Shown here one piece after another: positions 1 to 10,184 of a stretch of 64,000 nucleotides of DNA. The stretch spans positions 32,001 to 96,000 of the forward strand of contig JBLWVX010000004.1 in NCBI GenBank assembly GCA_048268245.1, in the 5' to 3' direction. The stretch is from Arcobacteraceae bacterium. GTDB lineage: Bacteria; Campylobacterota; Campylobacteria; Campylobacterales; Arcobacteraceae. The notes below the pieces were generated by a model. The model saw nothing but the letters and a program-made list of their open reading frames with translations. It was not told the origin of the DNA and ran no database searches. The position numbers and the translations under genes are program-made. Positions within the stretch are counted from its first letter, which is position 1. Every line of letters begins with the position of its first letter.

Positions 1-3
1 GCT

Positions 4-324
4 GTGATAAAAAGATCTACAAAAGATGTTGATATCTTAAAAATAAGAGATATAGTTTATAAAGCTTCAAATAAAAAGTTTTTTATTGACGATATAGCCT
101 TAGAGTTAACTCACTTAGAGCATGATTTGCTTTTAGAGTTTATGAAAAACAAAGATATTTTAATGACAAGAGAACATTTACTAAACTCTGTTTGGGAAGA
201 TTCCCTTGATAAAAAAATGAAAACTGTGAATGTTGCAGTAAAAAGACTAAAAGCAAAGATTGATCCTGATGGAGAAAAAAACTACATTAAATCAATCAGA
301 GGGGAAGGTTACATTTTTTGTTAA
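4..324 (+). CDS. OmpR/PhoB-family response regulator, C-terminal winged-helix part (gene begins before the window)
   Basis: LTHLEHDLL...LLNSVW...TVNVAVKRLKAKI...IKSIRGEGY winged-helix signature; overlaps the downstream kinase. Confidence 0.9.
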   Translation: MIKRSTKDVDILKIRDIVYKASNKKFFIDDIALELTHLEHDLLLEFMKNKDILMTREHLLNSVWEDSLDKKMKTVNVAVKRLKAKIDPDGEKNYIKSIRGEGYIFC

Positions 325-1694
325 AAATACATCAACTTTTTTTAAGAACCTTTAGTCTTATTTTTATAGCAATTCTAATTAGTTTAAGTATAGTTACTTA
401 TTTTTGGTCTAAAAATATCTATTTAGATCAAATTGAGAAAAATCTAATTCAAAATATTGATACCTTATCTATTGTATTAAATGATTTAGATAATGTAGAT
501 AATATTATCAAAGACTTACATTCACAAATTGATCTTAGAATTACTATAGTTGATGAAAAAGGAAATGTAATAGCTGAAAGTGACAAAAATAAAGAATTAT
601 TAGAAAATCATGCAAATAGAAAAGAGATTTTAGAAGCTAAAGATTTTGGAATTGGAAAAGTTATAAGATATTCTACTACAATGCACAAAGAACTACTTTA
701 CATAGCAAAAAAAGTTACTATCAATAAAAAAATATATTTTATTAGAATGTCTGACTACACAGATAATATTACAGACAATTTTATGAAATTATCACTTCAA
801 ATTTTTGCATTTATTAGTTTTTTTATAATTATTGCATTTCTTGCTTCTTATTTTATTAGTTTAAAAATCAAAGATGAAACTGAAAATATTTTAGATTTTT
901 TAACTCAACTTGCTTCTAAAAAAACTACTTCTGATTTACAATCAAATTTTACTTTGGAATTTTATAAAATCACGAAGATACTAAATAAAGTTGCTATAAA
1001 ACTTAAGAAAAAAGAGAAGCAAAAAGCTAAGCAAAATGCAAAGCTTAAAATAGCAAATAGACAAAAGGATGAAATAATCTCAGCCTTATCACATGAGTTT
1101 AAAAACCCTATTGCTATAATTTCAGGCTATAGTGAGACTATTTTAAATGATGAAGATATGCCACCAAGTATAAAAAGAAAGTTTTTAACAAAAATTCACT
1201 CTAATTCACTAAAAATGTCCGATATTATTGATAAATTAAGGCTTACTTTAAAACTTGAAGAAGGAAAACAAGAAATCATTTTAACTTCAACTTCAATGAG
1301 AAAATTAATTGAAGAAATAATATCAGATTTAAATGACAACTATAAAAACAGAGAAATAGAACTAATAGGTGATGATATTGAGTTAAAAGTAGATTCTACA
1401 TTAATTAGTATGGCTATTTCAAACCTAATAGAGAATGCTTTAAAATACTCAGAAGATAAAGTAAGTGTAGAAATAACTTCTGATTGCATCAAAATTATTG
1501 ATAGAGGTATAGGAATAGAAGAGAACGATTTAGAAAAAATCAGACAAAAATTTTACAGAGTTTCTAAAAATGGATGGAATAACTCTTTAGGGTTAGGTCT
1601 ATTTATCGTTCAATCTATCCTAAATTTACACTCATTTGAACTTGAAATAGACTCTATTCATAATAAAGGTTCAGAATTTTCAATAAAATTTTAA
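318..1694 (+). CDS. Sensor histidine kinase (PhoR-like)
   Basis: Two TM segments, H-box SHEFKNP, N-box NLIENALKY, DRGIGI and GLGLFIV G-boxes. Confidence 0.9.
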   Translation: MLKIHQLFLRTFSLIFIAILISLSIVTYFWSKNIYLDQIEKNLIQNIDTLSIVLNDLDNVDNIIKDLHSQIDLRITIVDEKGNVIAESDKNKELLENHANRKEILEAKDFGIGKVIRYSTTMHKELLYIAKKVTINKKIYFIRMSDYTDNITDNFMKLSLQIFAFISFFIIIAFLASYFISLKIKDETENILDFLTQLASKKTTSDLQSNFTLEFYKITKILNKVAIKLKKKEKQKAKQNAKLKIANRQKDEIISALSHEFKNPIAIISGYSETILNDEDMPPSIKRKFLTKIHSNSLKMSDIIDKLRLTLKLEEGKQEIILTSTSMRKLIEEIISDLNDNYKNREIELIGDDIELKVDSTLISMAISNLIENALKYSEDKVSVEITSDCIKIIDRGIGIEENDLEKIRQKFYRVSKNGWNNSLGLGLFIVQSILNLHSFELEIDSIHNKGSEFSIKF

Positions 1695-1770
1695 AATTTA
1701 CTTAATTTAAGTATTTTTTAAGTATCACTACACTATTATTCCACCTCATTAATAAAAGCGGAGAAAATAA

Positions 1771-2190
1771 ATGAAATTTACTCAAATGGCAAAAGCTAAC
1801 GAAATCGAAAGAGATTGGATAGTAGTAGACGCAGAAGGTAAGGTTTTTGGTAGAATCATTACTGAAGTTGCAACTATCTTAAGAGGTAAAAATAAACCTT
1901 GCTTTACACCACATGTTGATTGTGGAGATTACGTTGTAATCATTAACGCATCTAAAGCAAAATTTACAGGTGCTAAATTAGAAGATAAAAATTACTTCAC
2001 TCACTCAGGATACTTTGGTTCAACTAAGACTCACAAAATGTCTGATATGTTAAATAACAACCCTGAGAAGTTATATAAACTTGCAACTAGAGGTATGCTA
2101 CCAAAAACTACTCTAGGTAAAGCAATGTTAAAAAAATTAAAAGTATACGCAGGTTCAGAGCACCCTCACACTGCGCAAATTAAAGGATAA
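1771..2190 (+). CDS. rplM: 50S ribosomal protein L13
   Basis: [33 protein letters not shown] motifs; GGAG RBS. Confidence 0.99.
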   Translation: MKFTQMAKANEIERDWIVVDAEGKVFGRIITEVATILRGKNKPCFTPHVDCGDYVVIINASKAKFTGAKLEDKNYFTHSGYFGSTKTHKMSDMLNNNPEKLYKLATRGMLPKTTLGKAMLKKLKVYAGSEHPHTAQIKG

Positions 2191-2195
2191 GACTA

Positions 2196-2585
2196 ATGGC
2201 AAAAGTTTACGCAACAGGAAGAAGAAAAACAGCTGTAGCTAAAGTATGGTTAGAAAATGGTAACGGTCAACTTACAATCAACGGTCAATCTTTAGACGCA
2301 TGGTTAGGTGGACACGAAGCTATCAAAAAAAGAGTTATGCAACCATTAGAAGTATCTAAACAAGAAACTTCTGTAAACATCGTAGTTAAATCTTTAGGTG
2401 GTGGTTACTCTGCACAAGCTGATGCTATTAGACACGGAATTTCAAGAGCTCTAGTTGCTTATGATGAGCAATTCAGAACTATCTTAAAGCCTTACGGGTT
2501 ATTAACTAGAGACTCAAGAGCAGTAGAAAGAAAGAAATACGGAAGAAGAAAAGCGAGAAAAAGCGGTCAATTCTCAAAAAGATAA
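2196..2585 (+). CDS. rpsI: 30S ribosomal protein S9
   Basis: [20 protein letters not shown]-terminal QFSKR; follows rplM. Confidence 0.99.
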   Translation: MAKVYATGRRKTAVAKVWLENGNGQLTINGQSLDAWLGGHEAIKKRVMQPLEVSKQETSVNIVVKSLGGGYSAQADAIRHGISRALVAYDEQFRTILKPYGLLTRDSRAVERKKYGRRKARKSGQFSKR

Positions 2586-2625
2586 TCAATATTTTATCTT
2601 TTTATACTTTGTTTTTACAAAACAC

Positions 2626-2658
2626 AAAAGGAAGCAAGAGATTACTTCCTTTTTTTTT
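2626..2658 (+). terminator. Rho-independent terminator of rplM-rpsI
   Basis: AAAAGGAAG-loop-CTTCCTTTT stem followed by a T run. Confidence 0.8.
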
Positions 2659-2682
2659 ATCACAATTTTACTACAATACCTT

Positions 2683-4203
2683 ATGAAAAATCTAAAGCGT
2701 ATATTTACAATAACAACATTACTACTTATATTTACAACTACTGTATTTTCAAGTACTTTAAATATGTCAATTAGTTCAAGTCCAAGTAGACTAAATCCTA
2801 TTCTATCAAATGATACAGCTAGTTCAACAGTATCAGGTTGGCTTTTTAATGGTCTATTTAAATATGATAAGAATGGTAATCCAACAGTGGATTTAGCAAA
2901 ATCTTATGAGTTTAAAACTCCTACTCATTTGATTATCAACTTAAAAAAGAATGTTTTATGGCATGACAAAAAAAAGTTTACTTCAAAAGATGTGATTTTT
3001 ACATATGAGCAAATAATTTCACCAAAAGTTTTCACATCAATAAAATCAAATTTCAAACAAGTAAAAAGTGTAAAAGCCTTAGATGATTATACTATTGAGA
3101 TAATATATAAAAAGCCTTACTTTAAAGCTTTAGAGACTTGGATGGTTGGAATTTTGCCCTATCATCTTTTAAAAGATGAAAAAGATTTAATGACAAGCAA
3201 ATTCAACAAAAAACCAATAGGTACTGGTCCATATAAAATTGATGGGTTTGAAACAGGTGCAGATATTAAAATATATGCAAATAATGATTACTTTGATGGA
3301 CGACCAAAAATTGATGAAATTCATTTTAAATTTTTACCTGACACAAATACTTCATTTTTATTTTTAAAACAAAAAAAACTTGATTTAGGTAGTCTAACTC
3401 CTATTCAAATAGATAGGCAAATTGATGATAAATTTAAAGACAACTACAAAATTATTGAAAATCAAAGCTTCTCTTATTCATATTTAGGTTTTAATCTAAA
3501 TATTGAGAAATTTAAAAACAAAAAAATAAGAGAGGCCGTTTCCTTAGCAATTAATAAAGAGGAATTAGTTGATATACTCTTTTTTGGACATGGGCAAGTT
3601 TGTAATGGACCATTTTTACCTGGAAGTTTTGCATATAACAATGAAGTTAAAACAGTGAAACAAGATATAGAAAAATCCAAAGAGATTTTAAAATCACTTG
3701 GGTTTGATGAAAATAATCCTTTTACTTTTGAAGTAGTTACTAATACAGGAAATGACACTAGAATAAATGCAGCACAAATACTTCAATATCAATTAGCACA
3801 AGCAGGTATCAAGATGAAAATAAGAGTTATGGAATGGCAAGCTTTCTTAAACACAGTAGTTCATCCAAGAAACTATGAAGCTGTACTTTTAGGTTGGAGC
3901 TTAGCTTTAATGCCTGATGCTTATCCTCTATGGCATAGTGATTCAACAAAAGTTGGAAGATTTAATCTTGTTGGATATAAAAACAAAGAAGTAGACAACT
4001 TAATTGAAAAAGGTGCTCAAACTGTAAATAGAGAAGATTTAGGTAAAATATATAGAAAGATATTTAAAATAATAGCAGAAGACTTGCCTTATATATTCTT
4101 ATATATTCCCAACTCAATTACAGTTGTAAATAAAGATATTAAAAATGTAGAACCTGCTTTTATAGGAATAACACACAATCAAAAAGATTGGATAAAGGAA
4201 TAA
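2683..4203 (+). CDS. Peptide/nickel ABC transporter substrate-binding protein (family 5)
   Basis: Signal peptide; LNP, PIGTGPYK, IREAVSLAIN motifs. Confidence 0.9.
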   Translation: MKNLKRIFTITTLLLIFTTTVFSSTLNMSISSSPSRLNPILSNDTASSTVSGWLFNGLFKYDKNGNPTVDLAKSYEFKTPTHLIINLKKNVLWHDKKKFTSKDVIFTYEQIISPKVFTSIKSNFKQVKSVKALDDYTIEIIYKKPYFKALETWMVGILPYHLLKDEKDLMTSKFNKKPIGTGPYKIDGFETGADIKIYANNDYFDGRPKIDEIHFKFLPDTNTSFLFLKQKKLDLGSLTPIQIDRQIDDKFKDNYKIIENQSFSYSYLGFNLNIEKFKNKKIREAVSLAINKEELVDILFFGHGQVCNGPFLPGSFAYNNEVKTVKQDIEKSKEILKSLGFDENNPFTFEVVTNTGNDTRINAAQILQYQLAQAGIKMKIRVMEWQAFLNTVVHPRNYEAVLLGWSLALMPDAYPLWHSDSTKVGRFNLVGYKNKEVDNLIEKGAQTVNREDLGKIYRKIFKIIAEDLPYIFLYIPNSITVVNKDIKNVEPAFIGITHNQKDWIKE

Positions 4204-4210
4204 AATATAA

Positions 4211-4870
4211 ATGAATAAAGATACAATAATACTATTTGACTTAGATGGAACACTTATAGACTCAACAGATGCAATTATTTCATGTTTTTATCACTCATTT
4301 AAAGAATTAAATTTTGATTTTACAGGAACAACTGATGATATAAAAAATCTTATTGGTTATCCATTAGATGTTATGTATGTTAATCTTGGAGTTGAAGATA
4401 GTAAAAAATGGGATTTTGTTGATTCATACAAAAACCAATATAGACAAATTTCAAAAGAACAAACATATCTTTTAGAAAATGCAATTGAAGCAGTTGAATA
4501 TGCAGCATCATATGCAAGAGTTTCAGTTGTAACTACAAAAACAAGAATGTACACAATGCCTCTTTTAGAAAATCTAAATATTGATAAGCATTTTGAAATA
4601 GTTACAGGAAGAGAAAATGTTGAAAATCCAAAACCCCACCCTGAACCTATAAACATTACACTTAAACAAATGAATTATGATAAAAACTCTCATGATGTTT
4701 GGATGATTGGGGATACAAAACTTGATTTAATAGCAGCAAAAGAAGCTAATGTTAATAGTGTTGGTGTTTTATGTGGATATGGAAAGAAAGAAGAACTTTC
4801 TCTTTATACTGATTATATACATACTAATGCTTTTGAAGCAGTAAAATTTATAAAAGAGCGAAAAAATTAA
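4211..4870 (+). CDS. HAD-family hydrolase (phosphoglycolate phosphatase-like)
   Basis: FDLDGTLIDS motif I, KPHPEP, MIGDTKLD. Confidence 0.9.
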   Translation: MNKDTIILFDLDGTLIDSTDAIISCFYHSFKELNFDFTGTTDDIKNLIGYPLDVMYVNLGVEDSKKWDFVDSYKNQYRQISKEQTYLLENAIEAVEYAASYARVSVVTTKTRMYTMPLLENLNIDKHFEIVTGRENVENPKPHPEPINITLKQMNYDKNSHDVWMIGDTKLDLIAAKEANVNSVGVLCGYGKKEELSLYTDYIHTNAFEAVKFIKERKN

Positions 4871-5256
4871 TATTTTTCACTCTTTTAATATAGTTTTCTT
4901 AAATACTATCAACTTAATTTAAACTTTATTTTTAAAATTAGTACATATTTTCTACATAAACTTAAGTTATACTTCATATAATAGTTCAATGAAATAATAA
5001 TATTTAATAGTTTATTGAAAATGACTATAAAATAAGACTTTTCAAATTTTATAACATTTTTAATAACATCTAATTTATTATTTTTGAACTTTAATTTATA
5101 GTAAAATACTAGTGTTTAAAGGATTTAATAGTGTTTAGAAAAGTTACATATTAGGCTTAATGATTCTTTATGAAAGAACATTCTAAGTTAAAAGTATGTA
5201 TAATACAAAAGACTAATTAAATTTTTTAAGTCAAATTTAATATTTAAGGAGCCACT

Positions 5257-5820
5257 ATGTTAGAAATTAGATGGCATAGCCGAGCAGGTCAAGGTGCTGT
5301 TACTGGAGCAAAAGGACTTGGGTCGATTGTTGCACAATCTGGAAAAGAAGTTCAAGCGTTTGCTTTTTACGGTTCAGCAAAAAGAGGTGCGTCAATGACT
5401 GCCTACAATAGAATTGATGATAAAGTTATTTTAAATCACGAAAAATTTATGAGTCCTGACTATGTATTTATACTAGATCCAGGATTAGCATTTACTGATG
5501 ATTTTACTGCTAATGGTAAAGATACTACAAAATATATTATTACTACACACCTTAGCAAACAAGAGTTAATAGACTCAGTTCCTGAATTACAAGGGATTGA
5601 AGACAGAGTATACATTTTAGACTGTCTACAAATAGCTAGAGATACTATTGGTAGGGCTATTCCAAATACACCAATGCTTGGTGCATTTATGAAAGTTAGC
5701 GGAATGTATAAATTAGAGTTCTTTAAAGAGGCAATGCAAGGGGTATTAAAAAAATTACCTCAAAATATTATTGATGCTAATATGGTTGCAATCCAAAGAG
5801 CTTATGACGAAGTTCACTAA
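5257..5820 (+). CDS. porC: Pyruvate:ferredoxin/flavodoxin oxidoreductase gamma subunit
   Basis: EIRWHSRAGQGAVT, YGSAKRG, PNTPMLGA; AAGGAG RBS at 5246-5251. Confidence 0.95.
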   Translation: MLEIRWHSRAGQGAVTGAKGLGSIVAQSGKEVQAFAFYGSAKRGASMTAYNRIDDKVILNHEKFMSPDYVFILDPGLAFTDDFTANGKDTTKYIITTHLSKQELIDSVPELQGIEDRVYILDCLQIARDTIGRAIPNTPMLGAFMKVSGMYKLEFFKEAMQGVLKKLPQNIIDANMVAIQRAYDEVH

Positions 5821-5830
5821 AGGATAAAAT

Positions 5831-6244
5831 ATGAGTAAACCAATTAATGAAATGGGATGGGATGAGCTAGTACCAGGTGCTGCTTTATACACATTCGAGG
5901 GTGATGTTGATTACAATATTGCTGATATTCAACCAGAAGAAAGAAATTATTCTGAGACAAGTTCAAAAAGCATGTCAGTAGGAGATTGGAGAGTAATTAA
6001 ACCAGTATGGAACTCAGAAACATGTATTGATTGTCAAAACTGTTGGGTATTCTGTCCGGATACTTCAATCATTGCTAGAAACAAAGAGATGAAAGGTGTT
6101 GATTACGAACACTGTAAGGGATGTGGTTTATGTGTAAGTGTATGTCCTACAAATCCAAAATCTTTATTAATGTTCAACGAGTATGAAACTGTTGAAGATG
6201 CACTTGCTAAATGGCCAGAAAAGAAGAAAAGAGGTGAAAAGTAA
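5831..6244 (+). CDS. porD: Pyruvate oxidoreductase delta subunit (2x[4Fe-4S])
   Basis: GDWRVIKP, CIDCQNCWVFCP, CKGCGLCVSVCP. Confidence 0.95.
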   Translation: MSKPINEMGWDELVPGAALYTFEGDVDYNIADIQPEERNYSETSSKSMSVGDWRVIKPVWNSETCIDCQNCWVFCPDTSIIARNKEMKGVDYEHCKGCGLCVSVCPTNPKSLLMFNEYETVEDALAKWPEKKKRGEK

Positions 6245-7479
6245 TGAATAGTAGAAAAATGGAATTAAACGAAGTAGAAGTTTGGGATGGTAACATGGCA
6301 AACTCTCAGGCTCTTAGACAAGCTGACGTTGATGTAGTTGCTGCTTATCCTATTACTCCTTCAACTGCAACAGTTGAAAACTACGCTATGTTCCATGCAA
6401 ATGGATACGTTGATGGTGAAGTTATCATGGTTGAGTCTGAGCACGCTGCAATGTCAGGATGTATTGGGGCTGGTGCTGCTGGTGGTAGAGTTGCAACTGC
6501 AACTTCTTCTCAAGGTTTAGCATTTATGATTGAAACTTTATACCAAGCATCAGGTATGAGAATTCCCGTTGTATTATGTCTAGTAAATAGAGCTTTAGCT
6601 GCACCTTTAAATGTAAATGGAGACCACTCTGATTTATATTTAACAAGAGATTCAGGATGGGTATCGATTGACGCATTTAACCCTCAAGAAGCTTATGATA
6701 TGACTTTAATGTCATTTAAAATTTCTGAGCATCCAAGTGTTAGATTACCAGTAATATCTAACCAAGATGGATTTATAACTTCACATACAGCACAAAATGT
6801 GTCTCCTTTAAAAGATGAAGTTGCTGCAAAATTTGTTGGTGAATATACAAAAGTTAATGCATTATTAGACTTTGATAAACCTGTAACACATGGTGTACAA
6901 ACTGAGCAAGATTGGCACTTTGAGCACAAAGCAAAACAACACGCTGCATTAATGGCATCAAAAGATGTAGTAGAAGAAATTTTTGCTGAATTCAAAGAAT
7001 TAACTGGTAGAGAATATAAAGTAGTTGAATCTTACGGTATGGAAGATGCAGAGATTGCTATCGTATGTTTAGGTTCAACATATGAAACTGCTATGATTAC
7101 TATTGATCAATTAAGAGAAGAAGGCATTAAAGCTGGTGTTGTTGCACCTAGATTATTTAGACCATTCCCTCTTGAAGAAGTAGCACATGAGTTACAAAAG
7201 GTTAAAGCAGTTGCTTGTATGGATAGATCAGCTCCAGGTGGAACTGTTGGTGCATTATACAACGAAGTTTCTGGTGCATTATTCAATACACCTGCAAGAC
7301 CTTTAATGTCTAACTTAATCTATGGATTAGGTGGTAGAGATATGACAGTTGCAGGATTAAAAGATATCTTTAGAACATTAGATAAAGAAGCAAAAGATGG
7401 TAAATTATCAGGTAACATCCAAAGATTAATTGGTGTTAGAGGTCCTGAGTTAAGCTTCTACAATGTGGAAGGAAAATAA
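6244..7479 (+). CDS. porA: Pyruvate oxidoreductase alpha subunit
   Basis: AYPITPST, VESEHAAMS, ATSSQGL; TAATG coupling with porD. Confidence 0.96.
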   Translation: MNSRKMELNEVEVWDGNMANSQALRQADVDVVAAYPITPSTATVENYAMFHANGYVDGEVIMVESEHAAMSGCIGAGAAGGRVATATSSQGLAFMIETLYQASGMRIPVVLCLVNRALAAPLNVNGDHSDLYLTRDSGWVSIDAFNPQEAYDMTLMSFKISEHPSVRLPVISNQDGFITSHTAQNVSPLKDEVAAKFVGEYTKVNALLDFDKPVTHGVQTEQDWHFEHKAKQHAALMASKDVVEEIFAEFKELTGREYKVVESYGMEDAEIAIVCLGSTYETAMITIDQLREEGIKAGVVAPRLFRPFPLEEVAHELQKVKAVACMDRSAPGGTVGALYNEVSGALFNTPARPLMSNLIYGLGGRDMTVAGLKDIFRTLDKEAKDGKLSGNIQRLIGVRGPELSFYNVEGK

Positions 7480-7481
7480 AT

Positions 7482-8438
7482 ATGAGTACACAAAAAGTAA
7501 TTAAAAACTTAAAAACGTTTTCAACAGCAGCAGAGAGATTTGAAGGTTCACACCTTCTATGTCCTGGTTGTGCTCACTCTATTATCGTAAGAGAAGTTTT
7601 AAATGCAACTAATGATAACTTAGTTGTATCTGCTTCTACTGGATGTTTAGAAGTTTGTACAGCAATTTACCCTCATACTTCATGGGACTGTTCTTGGATT
7701 CACATCGGTTTTGAAAACTCTTCAACTGCAATGGCAGGTGTTGAGACTATGAACAAAGCTTTAAGAAACAAAGGTAGAATTGCAGCTGATGAGCCACAAC
7801 CAAAGTTTGTAACATTTGGTGGTGATGGTTCTACTTATGATATTGGTTTCCAATGGATTTCAGGTTGTTTTGAAAGAGGACATGATTTCATGTACGTTTG
7901 TTTAGATAATGAAGTATATGCAAATACAGGAGGGCAGAGATCATCTTCAACTCCTATTGGTTCTTCAACTACAACTGCTCCTGCTGGATCTCACTCTTAT
8001 GGTGAGAAAAGACAGAAGAAAGATATCGTATCTATTATGGCAGCTCACGGTGCTCCTTATGTTGCACAAGTTGCTCCAAATAAATGGAAAGATATGGTTA
8101 AGAAAATCCAAAGAGGATTTGATACAGAAGGTCCTGTATTTATCAACGCAATGTCTGCTTGTACAACTGAGTGGAAATTTGCACCAAATCAAACTATTGA
8201 AGTTTCTGATTTAGCAGTTGATTCATTAGTTTTCCCATTATATGAAATTATTGATGGTAGAGAATTAAACATCACTTATAGACCTAAAAACATTGTACCA
8301 GTAAGAGATTACTTAGGTGCACAGCCAAGATTTAAACACTTATTCAAACCAGAAAATGAATATTTAATTGAAGAATGGCAAAAAAGAATTGAAGAAAGAT
8401 GGGCATTCTTACAAAAAAGAGAAGAAATTAGAATGTAA
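7482..8438 (+). CDS. porB: Pyruvate oxidoreductase beta subunit (TPP-binding)
   Basis: LCPGCAH, GGDGSTYDIG, DNEVYANTGGQ. Confidence 0.96.
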   Translation: MSTQKVIKNLKTFSTAAERFEGSHLLCPGCAHSIIVREVLNATNDNLVVSASTGCLEVCTAIYPHTSWDCSWIHIGFENSSTAMAGVETMNKALRNKGRIAADEPQPKFVTFGGDGSTYDIGFQWISGCFERGHDFMYVCLDNEVYANTGGQRSSSTPIGSSTTTAPAGSHSYGEKRQKKDIVSIMAAHGAPYVAQVAPNKWKDMVKKIQRGFDTEGPVFINAMSACTTEWKFAPNQTIEVSDLAVDSLVFPLYEIIDGRELNITYRPKNIVPVRDYLGAQPRFKHLFKPENEYLIEEWQKRIEERWAFLQKREEIRM

Positions 8439-8445
8439 TTTTTCT

Positions 8446-8485
8446 ATGCTTGCTCTAGGAAGGCTCCTTTTTTCTAGAGCAGCAT
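8446..8485 (+). terminator. Hairpin, probable terminator after porB
   Basis: TGCTCTAG...CTAGAGCA inverted repeat just after the stop. Confidence 0.65.
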
Positions 8486-8620
8486 AATTTACAAATATTA
8501 TTATAATATTGACTTAATACTAGCATGAAATAATATAAACCTAAAAATCCAATTTCACTTCCTTTCTTTGGATTTTGGGTTTATATGATAAATCTTCCAA
8601 AATCACTATTTTTTTATTAC

Positions 8621-8655
8621 AATTTTATTTTTCTTACATTTTTTTCACCTAAACT
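8621..8655 (+). promoter_or_regulatory. Putative regulator box plus -10 upstream of tctC
   Basis: AATTTTATTTTTCTTACATTTT then TAAACT at 8650; 21/22 identical copy at 14565-14586 with the same spacing to a -10-like hexamer. Confidence 0.5.
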
Positions 8656-8684
8656 TAAAATATACAAAACAAAAAGGATAGAAA

Positions 8685-9656
8685 ATGAAAAATATAACTA
8701 CGAAATTTTGTAAAAGTTTAACAATTGCTGGATTACTGGTTGCAGGAAGTGTAACAGCAACACTTGCTTCTAGTGTTGATAAAGTACACTTTTTAATTCC
8801 AGGTGGAGCTGGTGGTGGTTGGGATGGAACTGCTAGAGGTGTTGGAGAGGCACTTAAGAATTCTAACCTAGTTAAAGAAACATCATTTGAAAACATGTCA
8901 GGTGGTGGAGGTGGTAAAGCCATCGCATATTTAATTGAAACTGCTAAAAAACAACAAGATACATTAATGGTTAATTCAACTCCTATTGTTATTAGATCAT
9001 TACAAGGTGTTTTCCCTCAATCATTTAGAGATTTAACTTTAGTTTCTTCTGTTGTTGCTGATTATGGTGCTTTAGTTGTAAAACCTGACTCTAAATATAA
9101 AACATGGGCAGATGTAAAAGCTGAGTTTGATAAAAATCCAAGAAAAGTAAAAATTGCTGGTGGAAGTTCAAGAGGATCTATGGATCACTTAGTTGCTGCA
9201 CAAATATTTAAAGCAGCAGGAGGGAACCCAACTAGTGTAAGATATGTAGCTTATGATGCAGGTGGAAAAGCTCTTGCAGGACTTTTAACTGGTGAAGTTG
9301 ATGTACTTTCAACAGGACTTGGAGAAGTTCTTGAAAAACATAAAAAAGGTGAAGTAAGAATTATTGGTATTACTTCAAATAAAGATATTGATGGAATTCC
9401 AAGCTTTAAAGGTATGGGTGTTGATGCATACTTTGCAAACTGGAGAGGATTCTTTGCTGCACCTAACTTACCACAAGAAAAAGTTGATGCTTTTGCAGCT
9501 ACTTTAGGAAAAATGTATGACACTAAAGAGTGGGAAAATGTAAGAAAAAGAAATGGATGGACTAACCTTTATCAACCAAAAGAAGAGTTTCAATCGTTCT
9601 TAGAAAAGCAAGAGAAAATCATCTCTTCACTTATGAAAGAAATGGGATTTCTATAG
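8685..9656 (+). CDS. tctC: Tripartite tricarboxylate transporter substrate-binding protein
   Basis: Signal peptide; PGGAGGGWDGTAR, ENMSGGGG, NWRGFFA. Confidence 0.92.
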   Translation: MKNITTKFCKSLTIAGLLVAGSVTATLASSVDKVHFLIPGGAGGGWDGTARGVGEALKNSNLVKETSFENMSGGGGGKAIAYLIETAKKQQDTLMVNSTPIVIRSLQGVFPQSFRDLTLVSSVVADYGALVVKPDSKYKTWADVKAEFDKNPRKVKIAGGSSRGSMDHLVAAQIFKAAGGNPTSVRYVAYDAGGKALAGLLTGEVDVLSTGLGEVLEKHKKGEVRIIGITSNKDIDGIPSFKGMGVDAYFANWRGFFAAPNLPQEKVDAFAATLGKMYDTKEWENVRKRNGWTNLYQPKEEFQSFLEKQEKIISSLMKEMGFL

Positions 9657-9698
9657 GATAAGTAGAGAGAAATCTCTACTTTGACGAAAGGATTTATT

Positions 9699-10184
9699 AT
9701 GACGAAAAATTCAATTGGAGCAATATTCTTTTTAGTTTTTTCATGTTTTTATTTTTACAATGTATTTAACATAAAAAAGATGCCAGGATCTCAGTTTGAA
9801 GTGATGACAGCCTCTACTTTTCCTTTTTATATAGGAGTTGCAGGAGTTGTTATATCAATACTAATCTTAATTTTATCAATAGTAAAAAAAGATGAAGATA
9901 TTTTATCTTTATCGTATTTAAAAACTTTAGATTTTAAAACAACTGCTTTATTTATTGTAGCAATGATTTTCTATGGGTTTACTATTAGAACTTTAGGGTT
10001 TATTATAGCAACTATTATTTTCTTAGGACTTGGGTTTTCAATACTAAAAGAGAGAAATTTAAAGAGAATATTTTTAATATCAGTGGGTGTATCAGTAGGT
10101 TTTTATCTGATACTAAACAATCTTTTAGGTGTATATATAGACCCAGGAATGATTTTTGATAGTTTAGCAGGAGGTGAATCATGA
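9699..10184 (+). CDS. tctB: Tripartite tricarboxylate transporter small membrane subunit (ATG at 9699 preferred to TTG at 9681)
   Basis: About 4-5 TM segments, FP motif, LGFIIAT; between tctC and tctA; AAGGA upstream of 9699. Confidence 0.85.
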   Translation: MTKNSIGAIFFLVFSCFYFYNVFNIKKMPGSQFEVMTASTFPFYIGVAGVVISILILILSIVKKDEDILSLSYLKTLDFKTTALFIVAMIFYGFTIRTLGFIIATIIFLGLGFSILKERNLKRIFLISVGVSVGFYLILNNLLGVYIDPGMIFDSLAGGES

